A DNA stretch of 64,000 nt from an uncultured Colwellia sp. (lineage in GTDB: Bacteria > Pseudomonadota > Gammaproteobacteria > Enterobacterales > Alteromonadaceae), in the NCBI GenBank assembly GCA_964022585.1, contig CAXIBS010000002.1:5102-69101 (forward strand), written 5' to 3'. How positions within the stretch are numbered: position 1 is the first letter of the stretch; each line of letters begins with the position of its first letter. The position numbers were made by a program, and so were the translations under genes. The notes below the pieces were generated by a model, which was not told the DNA's origin, did no database searches, and saw only the letters and a program-made list of their open reading frames with translations. Shown piece by piece: positions 30,830-40,478 of this stretch.

Positions 30830-32971
30830 GTGAATATAGTTTCTACTCAAATAGACTCTCATAACGAAATAGCTACGAAAGCTATTTTTACAAACATAGA
30901 CTGGCAAAAGCTCAGTTATTTATTGCTGCTTTCAAGAGCAATGGATGATGTTGAGGAAAAAGAGTTGGTCCCCGCAAAGCTAGTATTTAATCAGTTTTCT
31001 GCTCGGGGTCATGACTTTGCTCAAATATTATTAGGCATGCAATTAACTCATCCACACGATGGTGCAACCGGTTATTATCGCTCAAGACCATTCGTGTTAT
31101 CTCTTGGCTTAGATATAGATGAAGCCGTAGCATCTCCAATGGCAAAGTCAGGCGGCTACAGTGACGGTCGTGATATTGGTGTAGTGTGTAATTACCCAAA
31201 TGTAGAGCGAAAAGGCGCTATGCTGTTTCCTATGTGTGGCGGTGTAGGTGCACAATATTCTCCTATTGCAGGTTGGGCACAATCTATTGTTTACCACAGA
31301 GATGAGTTAAAAGATGAGTCATACCATGGTGCATTAGGTTTATCCATGGGAGGAGACTCTTCCATGTCTACCAGTGGTTTTTGGGCATCGTTGAATATTT
31401 CAACAACCAACAATTTACCTCATTTATTCTATATAGAAGACAATGGTTACGGTATTTCAGTACCACAAACAGTACAAACACCGGGAGGCGATCAAGTAGC
31501 AAACCTGAGCGCATACAAAAATCTAAAAATTATTGATGGTGATGGTACTGATCCCGTCGTTACCCCAAAACTTGTACAAGAAGCCGTTGATTATGTTCGT
31601 TCAGGTAAAGGAACTTGTTTATTACGCCTCAAAGTCCCCCGTTTATGTGGCCATACTTTTCAAGATACACAAACTTACAAGCCTGAAGCAATGTTAATAG
31701 AGGAACAAGCAAATGATCCTTTACCAAAACTAAAAGAATATTTAGCAAAAGAAAATATTATCAGCACAAGTGACTGGCAAGCACTAGAGGAAAAAGCCTA
31801 TGCTGAAACTCGTGCTAGCGTTGAACGTGCCAAACAGCGCCCAGAACCGAACACTGACAAATTAACCCGTTACGTTTATGCTGAAAAGCTTGAAAACGGT
31901 GAGCCTGATGTACAACTTCGTGGTGGCTTGCATGGCGATAACTATCAATTCCCAACGGTTACGGAAACAGCTAAACCTGAAGGTCAACGTTTGAATATGC
32001 AAACGGCTATTCGTAAAGTGTTAGCCCACGAACTAGAAACCAATCCAAAAGTGCTTGTTTTTGGTGAAGATGTCGGACCTAAAGGCGGTGTTCATGGGGC
32101 AACCCTCGGCTTAAATGAAAAATACGGTGATCATCGTGTTTTTGATACATCGCTATCAGAAGAAGGCATTATCGGTCGGGCTGTTGGAATGGCTCTGTCT
32201 GGTTTAATGCCAGTTCCTGAAATTCAATTTAGAAAATATGCAGAACCAGCGGCAGAACAAATTACTGATACTGGCATTATGAGATGGCGCACAAATAATC
32301 AATTTGCAGCACCCATGGTTATTCGTATCCCCGGTGGTTTTGCAGGTCGTGGCGACCCATGGCACTCAATGAGTGATGAAGTAGAGTGGGCACACAAAAC
32401 TGGCTGGCAAGTAGTTATGCCGTCAAATGCAGAAGATGCTGCCGGTTTATTACGCTACGCTCTGCGTGATAACAATCCAACAATATTTTTTGAGCACAGA
32501 TCATTACTTGATAACCGCTGGGCTCGTCGACCATACCCAGGAGATGATTTTGTTATTCCGTTTGGCAAAGCAAACATATTAGCAAAAGGTGACAAATTAA
32601 CCTTAGTAACTTGGGGAGCTATGGTAGAGCGCTGTGACGCTGCTATTGAAGAACTTAAAAAAGAACATACACCTGATAGCATTGAGCTTATTGATTTACG
32701 TACTATTCAGCCATGGGACAAAGAGACTGTATTAAAAAGTATAGCTAAAACAGGACGTTGTTTAATTGTTCATGAAGATAATATGACTGCAGGTTTTGGT
32801 GCAGAAATTGCCGCTGTAATTGCTAAAGATGGTTTTTTTGATTTAGACGCACCTATTGAGCGTTTAACCATGCCTGACACGCCAAACCCGCATAATATTC
32901 ATTTGTTAAATGCCGCGGTTCCTACCGTTGAACGTATAGTACAAACGATTATTGACGTTGTAGAATTTTAA
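30830..32971 (+). CDS. 2-oxoacid dehydrogenase E1, fused alpha/beta subunits
   Basis: TPP motif GDS...EDN; beta-part FGEDVG, DTSLSE, EIQF, FFEHR, IDLRT motifs. Confidence 0.9.
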   Translation: MNIVSTQIDSHNEIATKAIFTNIDWQKLSYLLLLSRAMDDVEEKELVPAKLVFNQFSARGHDFAQILLGMQLTHPHDGATGYYRSRPFVLSLGLDIDEAVASPMAKSGGYSDGRDIGVVCNYPNVERKGAMLFPMCGGVGAQYSPIAGWAQSIVYHRDELKDESYHGALGLSMGGDSSMSTSGFWASLNISTTNNLPHLFYIEDNGYGISVPQTVQTPGGDQVANLSAYKNLKIIDGDGTDPVVTPKLVQEAVDYVRSGKGTCLLRLKVPRLCGHTFQDTQTYKPEAMLIEEQANDPLPKLKEYLAKENIISTSDWQALEEKAYAETRASVERAKQRPEPNTDKLTRYVYAEKLENGEPDVQLRGGLHGDNYQFPTVTETAKPEGQRLNMQTAIRKVLAHELETNPKVLVFGEDVGPKGGVHGATLGLNEKYGDHRVFDTSLSEEGIIGRAVGMALSGLMPVPEIQFRKYAEPAAEQITDTGIMRWRTNNQFAAPMVIRIPGGFAGRGDPWHSMSDEVEWAHKTGWQVVMPSNAEDAAGLLRYALRDNNPTIFFEHRSLLDNRWARRPYPGDDFVIPFGKANILAKGDKLTLVTWGAMVERCDAAIEELKKEHTPDSIELIDLRTIQPWDKETVLKSIAKTGRCLIVHEDNMTAGFGAEIAAVIAKDGFFDLDAPIERLTMPDTPNPHNIHLLNAAVPTVERIVQTIIDVVEF

Positions 32972-32990
32972 CTAAATAGCGAGTAAAAAA

Positions 32991-34307
32991 ATGAGTACAA
33001 TTGATATAATCTTACCTGCTGCCCAGTTAGAAGGTACTACAGCGACATTATCAAAATGGTTAGTTGCCATTGGTGAAGAGGTTAACGAAGGTGATCCGTT
33101 AATAGAGTTAGAAACAGATAAGGTTTCGATGGAGGTTTGTGCACCTAGCTCAGGATTTTTATCTACTATTTTTTTTGCAGAAGGCGAAGAAATATCTGTC
33201 GATACCGTATTAGGACATTTAGATCCAGAATTGAAAGTAGGTATCACTGAAAAAGTTGCTGTTGATAGCAAAGACAGCGAGCAACCTAACAGTAATGAAC
33301 CACAAAGTAATAACACCAACAATAGTGTTCAAAATAATCAAGTTGCTTCAAATGGTCTTTCAAGCGAGCAATTAAATATTAAAGCAGAGTTTCATATAGA
33401 AGAAAGTGAACAATATTTACTTGGCCCAGCCGCTCGTCGTTTATTAAAAAGTCATCATATACACCCAAACCTAATCACAGGTACAGGCCATCACGGCAGG
33501 GTTACAAGAAATGATGTGCGTAACTACATTCAAAATACGCCTACCTCTCATCCTTCTTCACCGATAAGCTCACCCACTTCTGCTAATGTTTTAGCCGCTA
33601 GGCCACTTAAAGGTACTATGGTGAAGCATACCAACATGCGTAAATCTATTGCTAGCCATATGGTAAATAGCTTGTTGGAAACGTCACCCCATGTGACGAG
33701 TGTTTTTGAAATGGACATGAGTAACATTATTGAACATAGAAAATGGCACAAAGCTGAATATGCAGAGTTAGGTGTTAAATTAACTTTTACCGCTTATTTT
33801 TTAGCTGCAGTTGTTAAAGCTGTTAACGAAGTACCACAGGTGAATGCTCGCTTTCATGAAGATGCATTAGAACTTTTTAGTGATATTAATATAGGTGTTG
33901 GCACCGCTTTGGGTGATAAAGGGTTAGTCGTTCCTGTTGTTCAACAAGTTCAATCAATGAATTTATTCTCTATTGCTCACGCTCTCAATCTACAAACTGA
34001 AAAAGCACGCAGTGGTAACATCGTACCAAGCGATATGAAAAATGGCACCTTTACTATATCTAACCATGGCGTTAGTGGTAGCTTGTTTGCAACGCCAATT
34101 ATTATTAATCAACCTGAAGTAGCCATACTTGGTATAGGAAAACTAGAAAAACGCGTGTCAGTTGAAGAAGTATCAGGTGTGGATACTATGGTTATTAAAC
34201 CAAAATGTTATGTCTCATTAAGTATTGATCACCGAGCACTTGATGCCCACCAAACAAATATGTTCTTAGCAAAATTTGTTGATGTAATTGAAAACTGGGG
34301 GCAGTAG
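32991..34307 (+). CDS. Dihydrolipoamide acyltransferase E2
   Basis: One lipoyl domain (ETDKV), E3-binding domain (PAARRL...GTG), catalytic DHRALDA. Confidence 0.92.
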   Translation: MSTIDIILPAAQLEGTTATLSKWLVAIGEEVNEGDPLIELETDKVSMEVCAPSSGFLSTIFFAEGEEISVDTVLGHLDPELKVGITEKVAVDSKDSEQPNSNEPQSNNTNNSVQNNQVASNGLSSEQLNIKAEFHIEESEQYLLGPAARRLLKSHHIHPNLITGTGHHGRVTRNDVRNYIQNTPTSHPSSPISSPTSANVLAARPLKGTMVKHTNMRKSIASHMVNSLLETSPHVTSVFEMDMSNIIEHRKWHKAEYAELGVKLTFTAYFLAAVVKAVNEVPQVNARFHEDALELFSDINIGVGTALGDKGLVVPVVQQVQSMNLFSIAHALNLQTEKARSGNIVPSDMKNGTFTISNHGVSGSLFATPIIINQPEVAILGIGKLEKRVSVEEVSGVDTMVIKPKCYVSLSIDHRALDAHQTNMFLAKFVDVIENWGQ

Positions 34308-34317
34308 TATTTTAAAT

Positions 34318-34364
34318 GGGGTCAGAGTAGAATCATAGTTATTATATGAACAGCTCTGACTCCC
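34318..34364. repeat. Short inverted-repeat element GGGGTCAGAG...CTCTGACTCC
   Basis: 10-bp inverted arms with one mismatch around a 26-nt AT-rich spacer. Confidence 0.6.
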
Positions 34365-34385
34365 TATCCTATCGGATTATTTACC

Positions 34386-34925
34386 ATGAACTTACCTGAA
34401 AATTTATCAAGCACCGCAAAAAAAGAAAAATCTCCTCAAGGAAAAGTAAACTGTAGCTTAGATTTACAAACATTTCTTCCCTATCGTATGTACTACTTAG
34501 CCGCTCAAATGTCACAAGCCGGCTATGATCTACCTGAATTACTCAACGAAACTGGAATTACCATTGGTGAACGAGAGTGGCGAGTTATTTCTATTTTAGG
34601 TGCGTATGGCGGCTTAACTAACGGCAACGTGGCGAATGCTTTAAAAACAGATGCAGGAACTATTTCCAGAGCAGTTAAAGTCTTAAAAAAACAACAATTA
34701 ATAGATACCCTAAGTTCCAAAAAAGATAGACGTAAAGTGCTGATTTATCTTACAGAAGCGGGTGCTAATCTTTATGACAAAGTAACACCAAAACGTATTG
34801 AAACGGGAAATATGATCGATAGCTGTTTCACACACGATGAGCTATCAACCTTGCACCATTTACTCAACAAATTAGATAGACATTTACAGCATATGGAAAA
34901 TGAATTAGAAGATGAATGGGAATAA
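34386..34925 (+). CDS. MarR-family transcriptional regulator
   Basis: FLPYR, EWRVI, ISRAV, DRRKVLIYLT.AG motifs. Confidence 0.9.
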   Translation: MNLPENLSSTAKKEKSPQGKVNCSLDLQTFLPYRMYYLAAQMSQAGYDLPELLNETGITIGEREWRVISILGAYGGLTNGNVANALKTDAGTISRAVKVLKKQQLIDTLSSKKDRRKVLIYLTEAGANLYDKVTPKRIETGNMIDSCFTHDELSTLHHLLNKLDRHLQHMENELEDEWE

Positions 34926-34959
34926 AACTTAGCCGTACAACCCTTAAAAGATTAAAATA

Positions 34960-34976
34960 AATTGGTAAGACCAATC
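34960..34976. promoter_or_regulatory. PdhR operator (distal)
   Basis: AATTGGTAAGACCAATC versus consensus AATTGGTnnnACCAATT. Confidence 0.85.
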
Positions 34977-35104
34977 AAATTTCAAACAAATGTTTTAAGT
35001 TCCAGCTCTATTTTGTCTATAAAACAACCTTGCTTTAATACCCTCCTTCAACTATATTAGACTGAAATTATCATCAGTTTTGCTTTTTTTATTTCCTAAA
35101 AAAA

Positions 35105-35121
35105 CATTGGTAATACCAATT
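35105..35121. promoter_or_regulatory. PdhR operator (proximal)
   Basis: CATTGGTAATACCAATT. Confidence 0.85.
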
Positions 35122-35206
35122 TACCAAATGAATTTATTATTAATGAGTGGCACAATAAAAAACTCATCATAGAAATATAAATGAAATTATTAAGGTTAAA
35201 TCGTTA

Positions 35207-35965
35207 ATGACACAGTTACTAAAACAAAAGCTCGCTCCACAAAAACTGTCGGATATTATCCTAGCTCAACTAGAAGAATTAATTATTGAAGGCAGCTTAC
35301 AACCAGGTGAAAGGTTGTTACCAGAACGAGAGTTGGCCAAAAAATTTGACGTATCAAGACCTTCACTACGAGAAGCTATACAAAAATTAGAAGTGAAAGG
35401 GCTAGTTACGCGTAAACAAGGAGGAGGAACATTTGTTAGTAAAAACATAATGAAGTCTTTTTCTGATCCTATGTTTGATTTAATGGCTAGAAGTAGTGAG
35501 TCACAATTTGATTTATTAGAGTTTCGTCATGGTATCGAAGGTATGGCTTCTTACTATGCAGCCATGCGAGGTACTGTCACTGATTTTGAACAAATTCAAG
35601 CGAAGCACGACAACATTGGCGATAGCCAATTAGAAGACGATTTCCGTTTAGAAGCTGAAGCAGTATATGAGTTTCATTATGCTATCTGTGCAGCCTCACA
35701 CAACGTGGTGATATTACAAACCACACGCAGTATGGCTGAGCTCATCATAGACAACATAGAACAAAATCTAACAGTTTTGGCTAAACGTCCTGATGTATTC
35801 AGCAAAATAACAGATTACCGAAAAAGCTTGCTCGATGCCATTATGAGTGGAAAACCTCAAAGAGCTTGGGGTGCTAGTCACCGTCACCTAGCCTTTATTG
35901 AAGAAGTACTTTTAAAATTAACACAAGAAAATAGTCGCATGGAACGTTCCATGCGCAGAATGTAA
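35207..35965 (+). CDS. pdhR: Pyruvate dehydrogenase complex repressor (GntR/FadR family)
   Basis: GntR HTH (ERELAKKFDVSRPSLREA); precedes aceE. Confidence 0.93.
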   Translation: MTQLLKQKLAPQKLSDIILAQLEELIIEGSLQPGERLLPERELAKKFDVSRPSLREAIQKLEVKGLVTRKQGGGTFVSKNIMKSFSDPMFDLMARSSESQFDLLEFRHGIEGMASYYAAMRGTVTDFEQIQAKHDNIGDSQLEDDFRLEAEAVYEFHYAICAASHNVVILQTTRSMAELIIDNIEQNLTVLAKRPDVFSKITDYRKSLLDAIMSGKPQRAWGASHRHLAFIEEVLLKLTQENSRMERSMRRM

Positions 35966-36009
35966 AAAATAATTATAAACAAACCAAACAATATTGGAGA
36001 CAAAACAAT

Positions 36010-38685
36010 ATGTCAGATCTACCAAACATTGATATTGATTCATTAGAAACCCAAGAGTGGTTAGAGTCAATGGAGTCAGTATTGGAAAATGAAGGCCCTG
36101 AGCGCGCTCATTTTATACTTGAAGCATTAATTGATCGTGCCCGTCGTGGTGGAACACATTTACCTTTTGAAGCCAAAACAGCTTATGTAAATACAATATC
36201 TCCTGGCCAAGAACCTCACATGCCAGCAGATCAAACAATTGAATACCGCATACGTGCTGCTATTCGTTGGAACGCATTAGCTCTAGTATTAAGAGCGTCT
36301 AAAAAAGATTTAGAATTAGGTGGTCACGTAGGTAGTTTTGCTTCTTCAGCATTACTTTATGATGTAGGTTTTAACCACTTCTTTAAAGCGGCTTCAGAAA
36401 AAGACGGTGGCGATTTTATTTTCGCTCAAGGTCATATTGCTCCAGGTATCTACAGCCGTGCGTTCTTAGAAGGACGCTTAACTGAACAGCAAATGAATAA
36501 CTTCCGTCAAGAGTGTGATGGTGAAGGTCTATCTTCTTACCCACATCCTCATTTAATGAATGATTTCTGGCAGTTCCCAACAGTTTCTATGGGTTTAGGT
36601 CCATTACAAGCTATTTACACTGCTCGCTTCCTTAAATACCTAACAGATCGTGGTATCAAAGATTGTTCAGGACAACGTGTTTATTGTTTCCTAGGTGATG
36701 GTGAAACTGATGAGCCAGAATCATTAGGTGCTATCGGGTTAGCTTCTCGTGAAGGCTTAGATAACTTAACGTTTATCATCAACTGTAATTTACAACGTTT
36801 AGACGGTCCTGTTCGTGGTAACGGCAAAATTATCCAAGAACTAGAAGGTACCTTCCGTGGCGCTGGCTGGGAAGTTGTTAAAGTTATTTGGGGTAGTTAC
36901 TGGGATGCTCTTATTGCTCGTGACACTTCAGGCAAATTATTACAACTAATGGAAGAAACAGTTGATGGTGAATACCAAAACTGTAAAGCCAAAGGTGGTA
37001 AATACACGCGTGAAAACTTCTTCAATAAATATCCTGAAACTGCGGCACTTGTTGCTAACATGTCAGATAAAGATATCTATCGCTTAAACCGTGGTGGTCA
37101 TGATCCGGTTAAAGTTTATGCTGCATACAAAAGAGCAATGGAAACCAAAGGTCGTCCAACAGTTATTTTAGCTAAAACAGTTAAAGGCTTTGGCTTAGGC
37201 GCTGCAGGCGAAGGTTTAAACATAGCTCATAACGTTAAGAAACTTGATATTGATTCATTGAAGCATTTCCGTGATCGCTTTAATATTCCAATTGACGATG
37301 CAGATATTGAAGGCTTACCGTACTATAAATTTGCTGAAGATAGCGAAGAATACAAGTACATGAAGGCACGTCGTGAAGCACTAGGCGGTTCAATGCCTGC
37401 ACGTCGTGAACAAGCAGAAGAGTCATTAGAAGTTCCATCATTAAAAATCTTTGATGCGATTTTAAAAGGTTCTGGTGAACGTCAAGTTTCATCAACAATG
37501 ACTTTTGTTCGTGTATTAAATAGCTTACTTAAAGACAAAAAAATTGGTAAGCGTATTGTGCCAATTATCCCTGATGAAGCAAGAACTTTTGGCATGGAAG
37601 GTTTATTCCGCCAAGTTGGTATTTATGCAAATGAAGGACAAAAATATGTTCCTCAAGATGCCGACCAAGTAGCGTACTATCGTGAAGACAAAAAAGGTCA
37701 AGTACTACAAGAAGGTATTAACGAATTAGGCGCAATGGCATCATGGGTTGCTGCTGGTACGTCTTATTCAACGTGTAATGCGACAACTATTCCATTCTAC
37801 GTATACTACTCAATGTTTGGTTTCCAACGTGTTGGTGACTTAGCATGGGCAGCAGGCGATAGCCAAGCTAAAGGTTTCTTACTTGGTGCTACTGCGGGTA
37901 GAACAACCCTTAATGGTGAAGGCTTACAACACCAAGATGGTCATTCACATGTTCAAGCTGGTTTAATTCCTAACTGTGTTACTTATGATCCAACATACGG
38001 TTATGAAGTTGCCGTTGTAATACGTGAAGGTTTACGCCGCATGTATGAAGAAAATGAAAATATCTTCTTCTACTTAACCTTAATGAATGAAAACTATCAA
38101 CACCCTGCAATGCCAGAAAATAAAGATGTTGAAGAGCAAATTATTAAAGGTATTTATAAATTAGAAAGTGTTGCTGCGAAGAAATCTAAACTAAATGTTC
38201 AATTGATGGGCTCTGGTACTATCTTATTGCAAGTACGTGAAGCTGCGCAAATACTTGCAAAAGATTACGGTGTTTCAAGTGATGTTTACTCTGTAACGTC
38301 TTTCAATGAGTTAGCACGTGAAGGCCAAGATGTAACACGTTGGAATATGCTTAACCCTGAAAGCAAGCAAAAAATTGCTTATGTTGGACAAGTTATTACT
38401 CAAGATAAAGGTCCTGCAATTGCAGCTACCGATTATATCAAAAACTATGCAGATCAAGTTCGTGCGTTTATTGATACTGAATATCGTGTACTTGGTACTG
38501 ATGGCTTTGGCCGTAGTGATAGCCGCGCTAACTTACGTCAGCATTTTGAAGTAGATCAAAACTATATTGTTGTTGCTGCATTGTTCGAACTAGCCAATCG
38601 TGGTGATGTTGAACGTTCAGTAGTAGCTGAAGCAATCAAACGCTTCAATATAGATACTAATAAACTTAACCCACTTTACGCTTAA
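36010..38685 (+). CDS. aceE: Pyruvate dehydrogenase E1 (homodimeric)
   Basis: ETQEWL, PTVSMGLG, GDGETDEPES, CNLQRLDG motifs. Confidence 0.98.
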   Translation: MSDLPNIDIDSLETQEWLESMESVLENEGPERAHFILEALIDRARRGGTHLPFEAKTAYVNTISPGQEPHMPADQTIEYRIRAAIRWNALALVLRASKKDLELGGHVGSFASSALLYDVGFNHFFKAASEKDGGDFIFAQGHIAPGIYSRAFLEGRLTEQQMNNFRQECDGEGLSSYPHPHLMNDFWQFPTVSMGLGPLQAIYTARFLKYLTDRGIKDCSGQRVYCFLGDGETDEPESLGAIGLASREGLDNLTFIINCNLQRLDGPVRGNGKIIQELEGTFRGAGWEVVKVIWGSYWDALIARDTSGKLLQLMEETVDGEYQNCKAKGGKYTRENFFNKYPETAALVANMSDKDIYRLNRGGHDPVKVYAAYKRAMETKGRPTVILAKTVKGFGLGAAGEGLNIAHNVKKLDIDSLKHFRDRFNIPIDDADIEGLPYYKFAEDSEEYKYMKARREALGGSMPARREQAEESLEVPSLKIFDAILKGSGERQVSSTMTFVRVLNSLLKDKKIGKRIVPIIPDEARTFGMEGLFRQVGIYANEGQKYVPQDADQVAYYREDKKGQVLQEGINELGAMASWVAAGTSYSTCNATTIPFYVYYSMFGFQRVGDLAWAAGDSQAKGFLLGATAGRTTLNGEGLQHQDGHSHVQAGLIPNCVTYDPTYGYEVAVVIREGLRRMYEENENIFFYLTLMNENYQHPAMPENKDVEEQIIKGIYKLESVAAKKSKLNVQLMGSGTILLQVREAAQILAKDYGVSSDVYSVTSFNELAREGQDVTRWNMLNPESKQKIAYVGQVITQDKGPAIAATDYIKNYADQVRAFIDTEYRVLGTDGFGRSDSRANLRQHFEVDQNYIVVAALFELANRGDVERSVVAEAIKRFNIDTNKLNPLYA

Positions 38686-38703
38686 TAGAGTCTGGAGACT
38701 ACT

Positions 38704-40353
38704 ATGTCAGATATACAAAAAATTCTAGTCCCAGATGTTGGTGGCGATGAAGTAGAAATTATTGAAGTTTGTGTTGCAATTGGTGATTCAGTTGAAGCTG
38801 AAGATGCCATTATTACGGTTGAAACAGATAAAGCTTCAATGGATATTCCTGCACCTGCTGCTGGTACTATCTCAGCACTATTAGTTGCTGTTGGTGATAA
38901 GCTTAAAGAAGGTGATGCAATCGCTGAAATGAGTGGAAGTGCAAGTGTTGATAGTGCACCAGTTGTAGAAGAGGCAGCTGCACCAACAGCACCTCAAGCA
39001 GCAGTTGAAGCTCCTGCTGCTGCACCACAAGCAGCAGCCCCAGCCGCTAGTGCAATCATTGATGTTGAAGTGCCTGATATTGGTGAAGATGGCGAAGTAG
39101 ATGTTATCGAAGTACTTGTTGCTGCTGGTGATGTTATTGCTGAAGAAGACGGCTTAATTACTTTAGAAACCGATAAAGCAACAATGGACGTACCTACGCC
39201 TGCTGCTGGTACTGTCGTTGAAGTATTAATAAATACTGGTGATAAAGTAAAACAAGGTTCACTCGTAATACGTTTAGAAACTTCATCAGGTGCTGCAGCA
39301 CCTATTGAGGTAGCTCAACCATCAGCACCTGCTCCTGTTGCTGCTGCGCCACAAAAGACGGCACCAGAAGCTAAAAAATCATCTCCTGTACCACATCATC
39401 CACAAGCTGGAAATGTGAGTAAAGGCGCCATTTATACTTCACCATCAATTCGTCGCATTGCACGTGAATTTGGTGTTGATTTAACCTTAGTTAAAGGCAC
39501 AGGTAATAAAGGTCGTATTTTAAAAGAAGATGTACAATCTTATGTGAAATATGAACTTTCTCGCCCTAAAGCTAATGCTGGTAGCTCAGTTGCCGCAGGT
39601 GAAGGTGGTTTACAAATAGTTAGTACTAAGCCAATTGATTTCTCTAAGTTTGGTGAAATTGAGACAAAACCACTAACACGTATTCAAAAAATATCAGGTC
39701 CATTTTTACACCGTAACTGGGTAACTATTCCTCATGTTACTCAATTTGATGAAGCTGACATCACCAATGTTGAAGCATTTCGTAAAGAACAAAACGTTGT
39801 TTGTGAAAAACAAAAGCTTGGTTTTAAAATTACGCCATTAGTATTTATTCTAAAAGCTGCTGCGGATGCACTACGTACATTCCCAGTCTTTAACTCAAGT
39901 TTGAGCGAAGACGGTGAAAGCTTAATTCTGAAAAAATACATTCACATTGGTGTTGCTGTTGATACACCAAACGGCTTAGTAGTACCAGTAGTACGTGACG
40001 TTGATCAAAAAGGTATACATCAATTATCACGTGAACTATTAGAAATTAGCATCAAAGCACGTGATGGCAAACTAAAAGCACAAGACATGCAAGGCGGTTG
40101 TTTTACTATTTCTAGCTTAGGCGGTATTGGTGGCACAGCATTTACCCCGATTGTAAATGCACCTGAAGTTGCTATTTTAGGTGTTTCAAAATCTGAAATG
40201 AAACCAAAATGGAATGGCAGCGAATTTATTCCTAAATTAATGCTTCCATTATCAATGTCTTACGACCATCGTGTTATCGATGGTGCACTTGCAGCACGCT
40301 TTACCGTACATTTAGCAAGCGTAATGTCAGACATACGTAAGTTAATATTATAA
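38704..40353 (+). CDS. aceF: Dihydrolipoamide acetyltransferase (two lipoyl domains)
   Basis: Two ETDKA motifs, Ala/Pro linkers, DHRVIDG. Confidence 0.97.
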   Translation: MSDIQKILVPDVGGDEVEIIEVCVAIGDSVEAEDAIITVETDKASMDIPAPAAGTISALLVAVGDKLKEGDAIAEMSGSASVDSAPVVEEAAAPTAPQAAVEAPAAAPQAAAPAASAIIDVEVPDIGEDGEVDVIEVLVAAGDVIAEEDGLITLETDKATMDVPTPAAGTVVEVLINTGDKVKQGSLVIRLETSSGAAAPIEVAQPSAPAPVAAAPQKTAPEAKKSSPVPHHPQAGNVSKGAIYTSPSIRRIAREFGVDLTLVKGTGNKGRILKEDVQSYVKYELSRPKANAGSSVAAGEGGLQIVSTKPIDFSKFGEIETKPLTRIQKISGPFLHRNWVTIPHVTQFDEADITNVEAFRKEQNVVCEKQKLGFKITPLVFILKAAADALRTFPVFNSSLSEDGESLILKKYIHIGVAVDTPNGLVVPVVRDVDQKGIHQLSRELLEISIKARDGKLKAQDMQGGCFTISSLGGIGGTAFTPIVNAPEVAILGVSKSEMKPKWNGSEFIPKLMLPLSMSYDHRVIDGALAARFTVHLASVMSDIRKLIL

Positions 40354-40388
40354 TTAATTACCGACTTTAGTCGGTTCTTACCAATTAA

Positions 40389-40430
40389 TATTGGCGAAAT
40401 TCACTAGATAAGCGTAGAATTTCGCCAATA
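40389..40430. repeat. Stem-loop in the aceF-lpdA spacer
   Basis: TATTGGCGAAATTC ... GAATTTCGCCAATA (14-bp stem); a smaller hairpin lies at 40360-40375. Confidence 0.6.
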
Positions 40431-40478
40431 AGATATTTACACAAAATAAGAAACTTTAACCAGTTTATTGAGGACAGT

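Noticed and set aside
38940-39400. GCA/CCA-rich repetitive DNA in aceF
   Set aside because: Ordinary Ala/Pro lipoyl-domain linkers.
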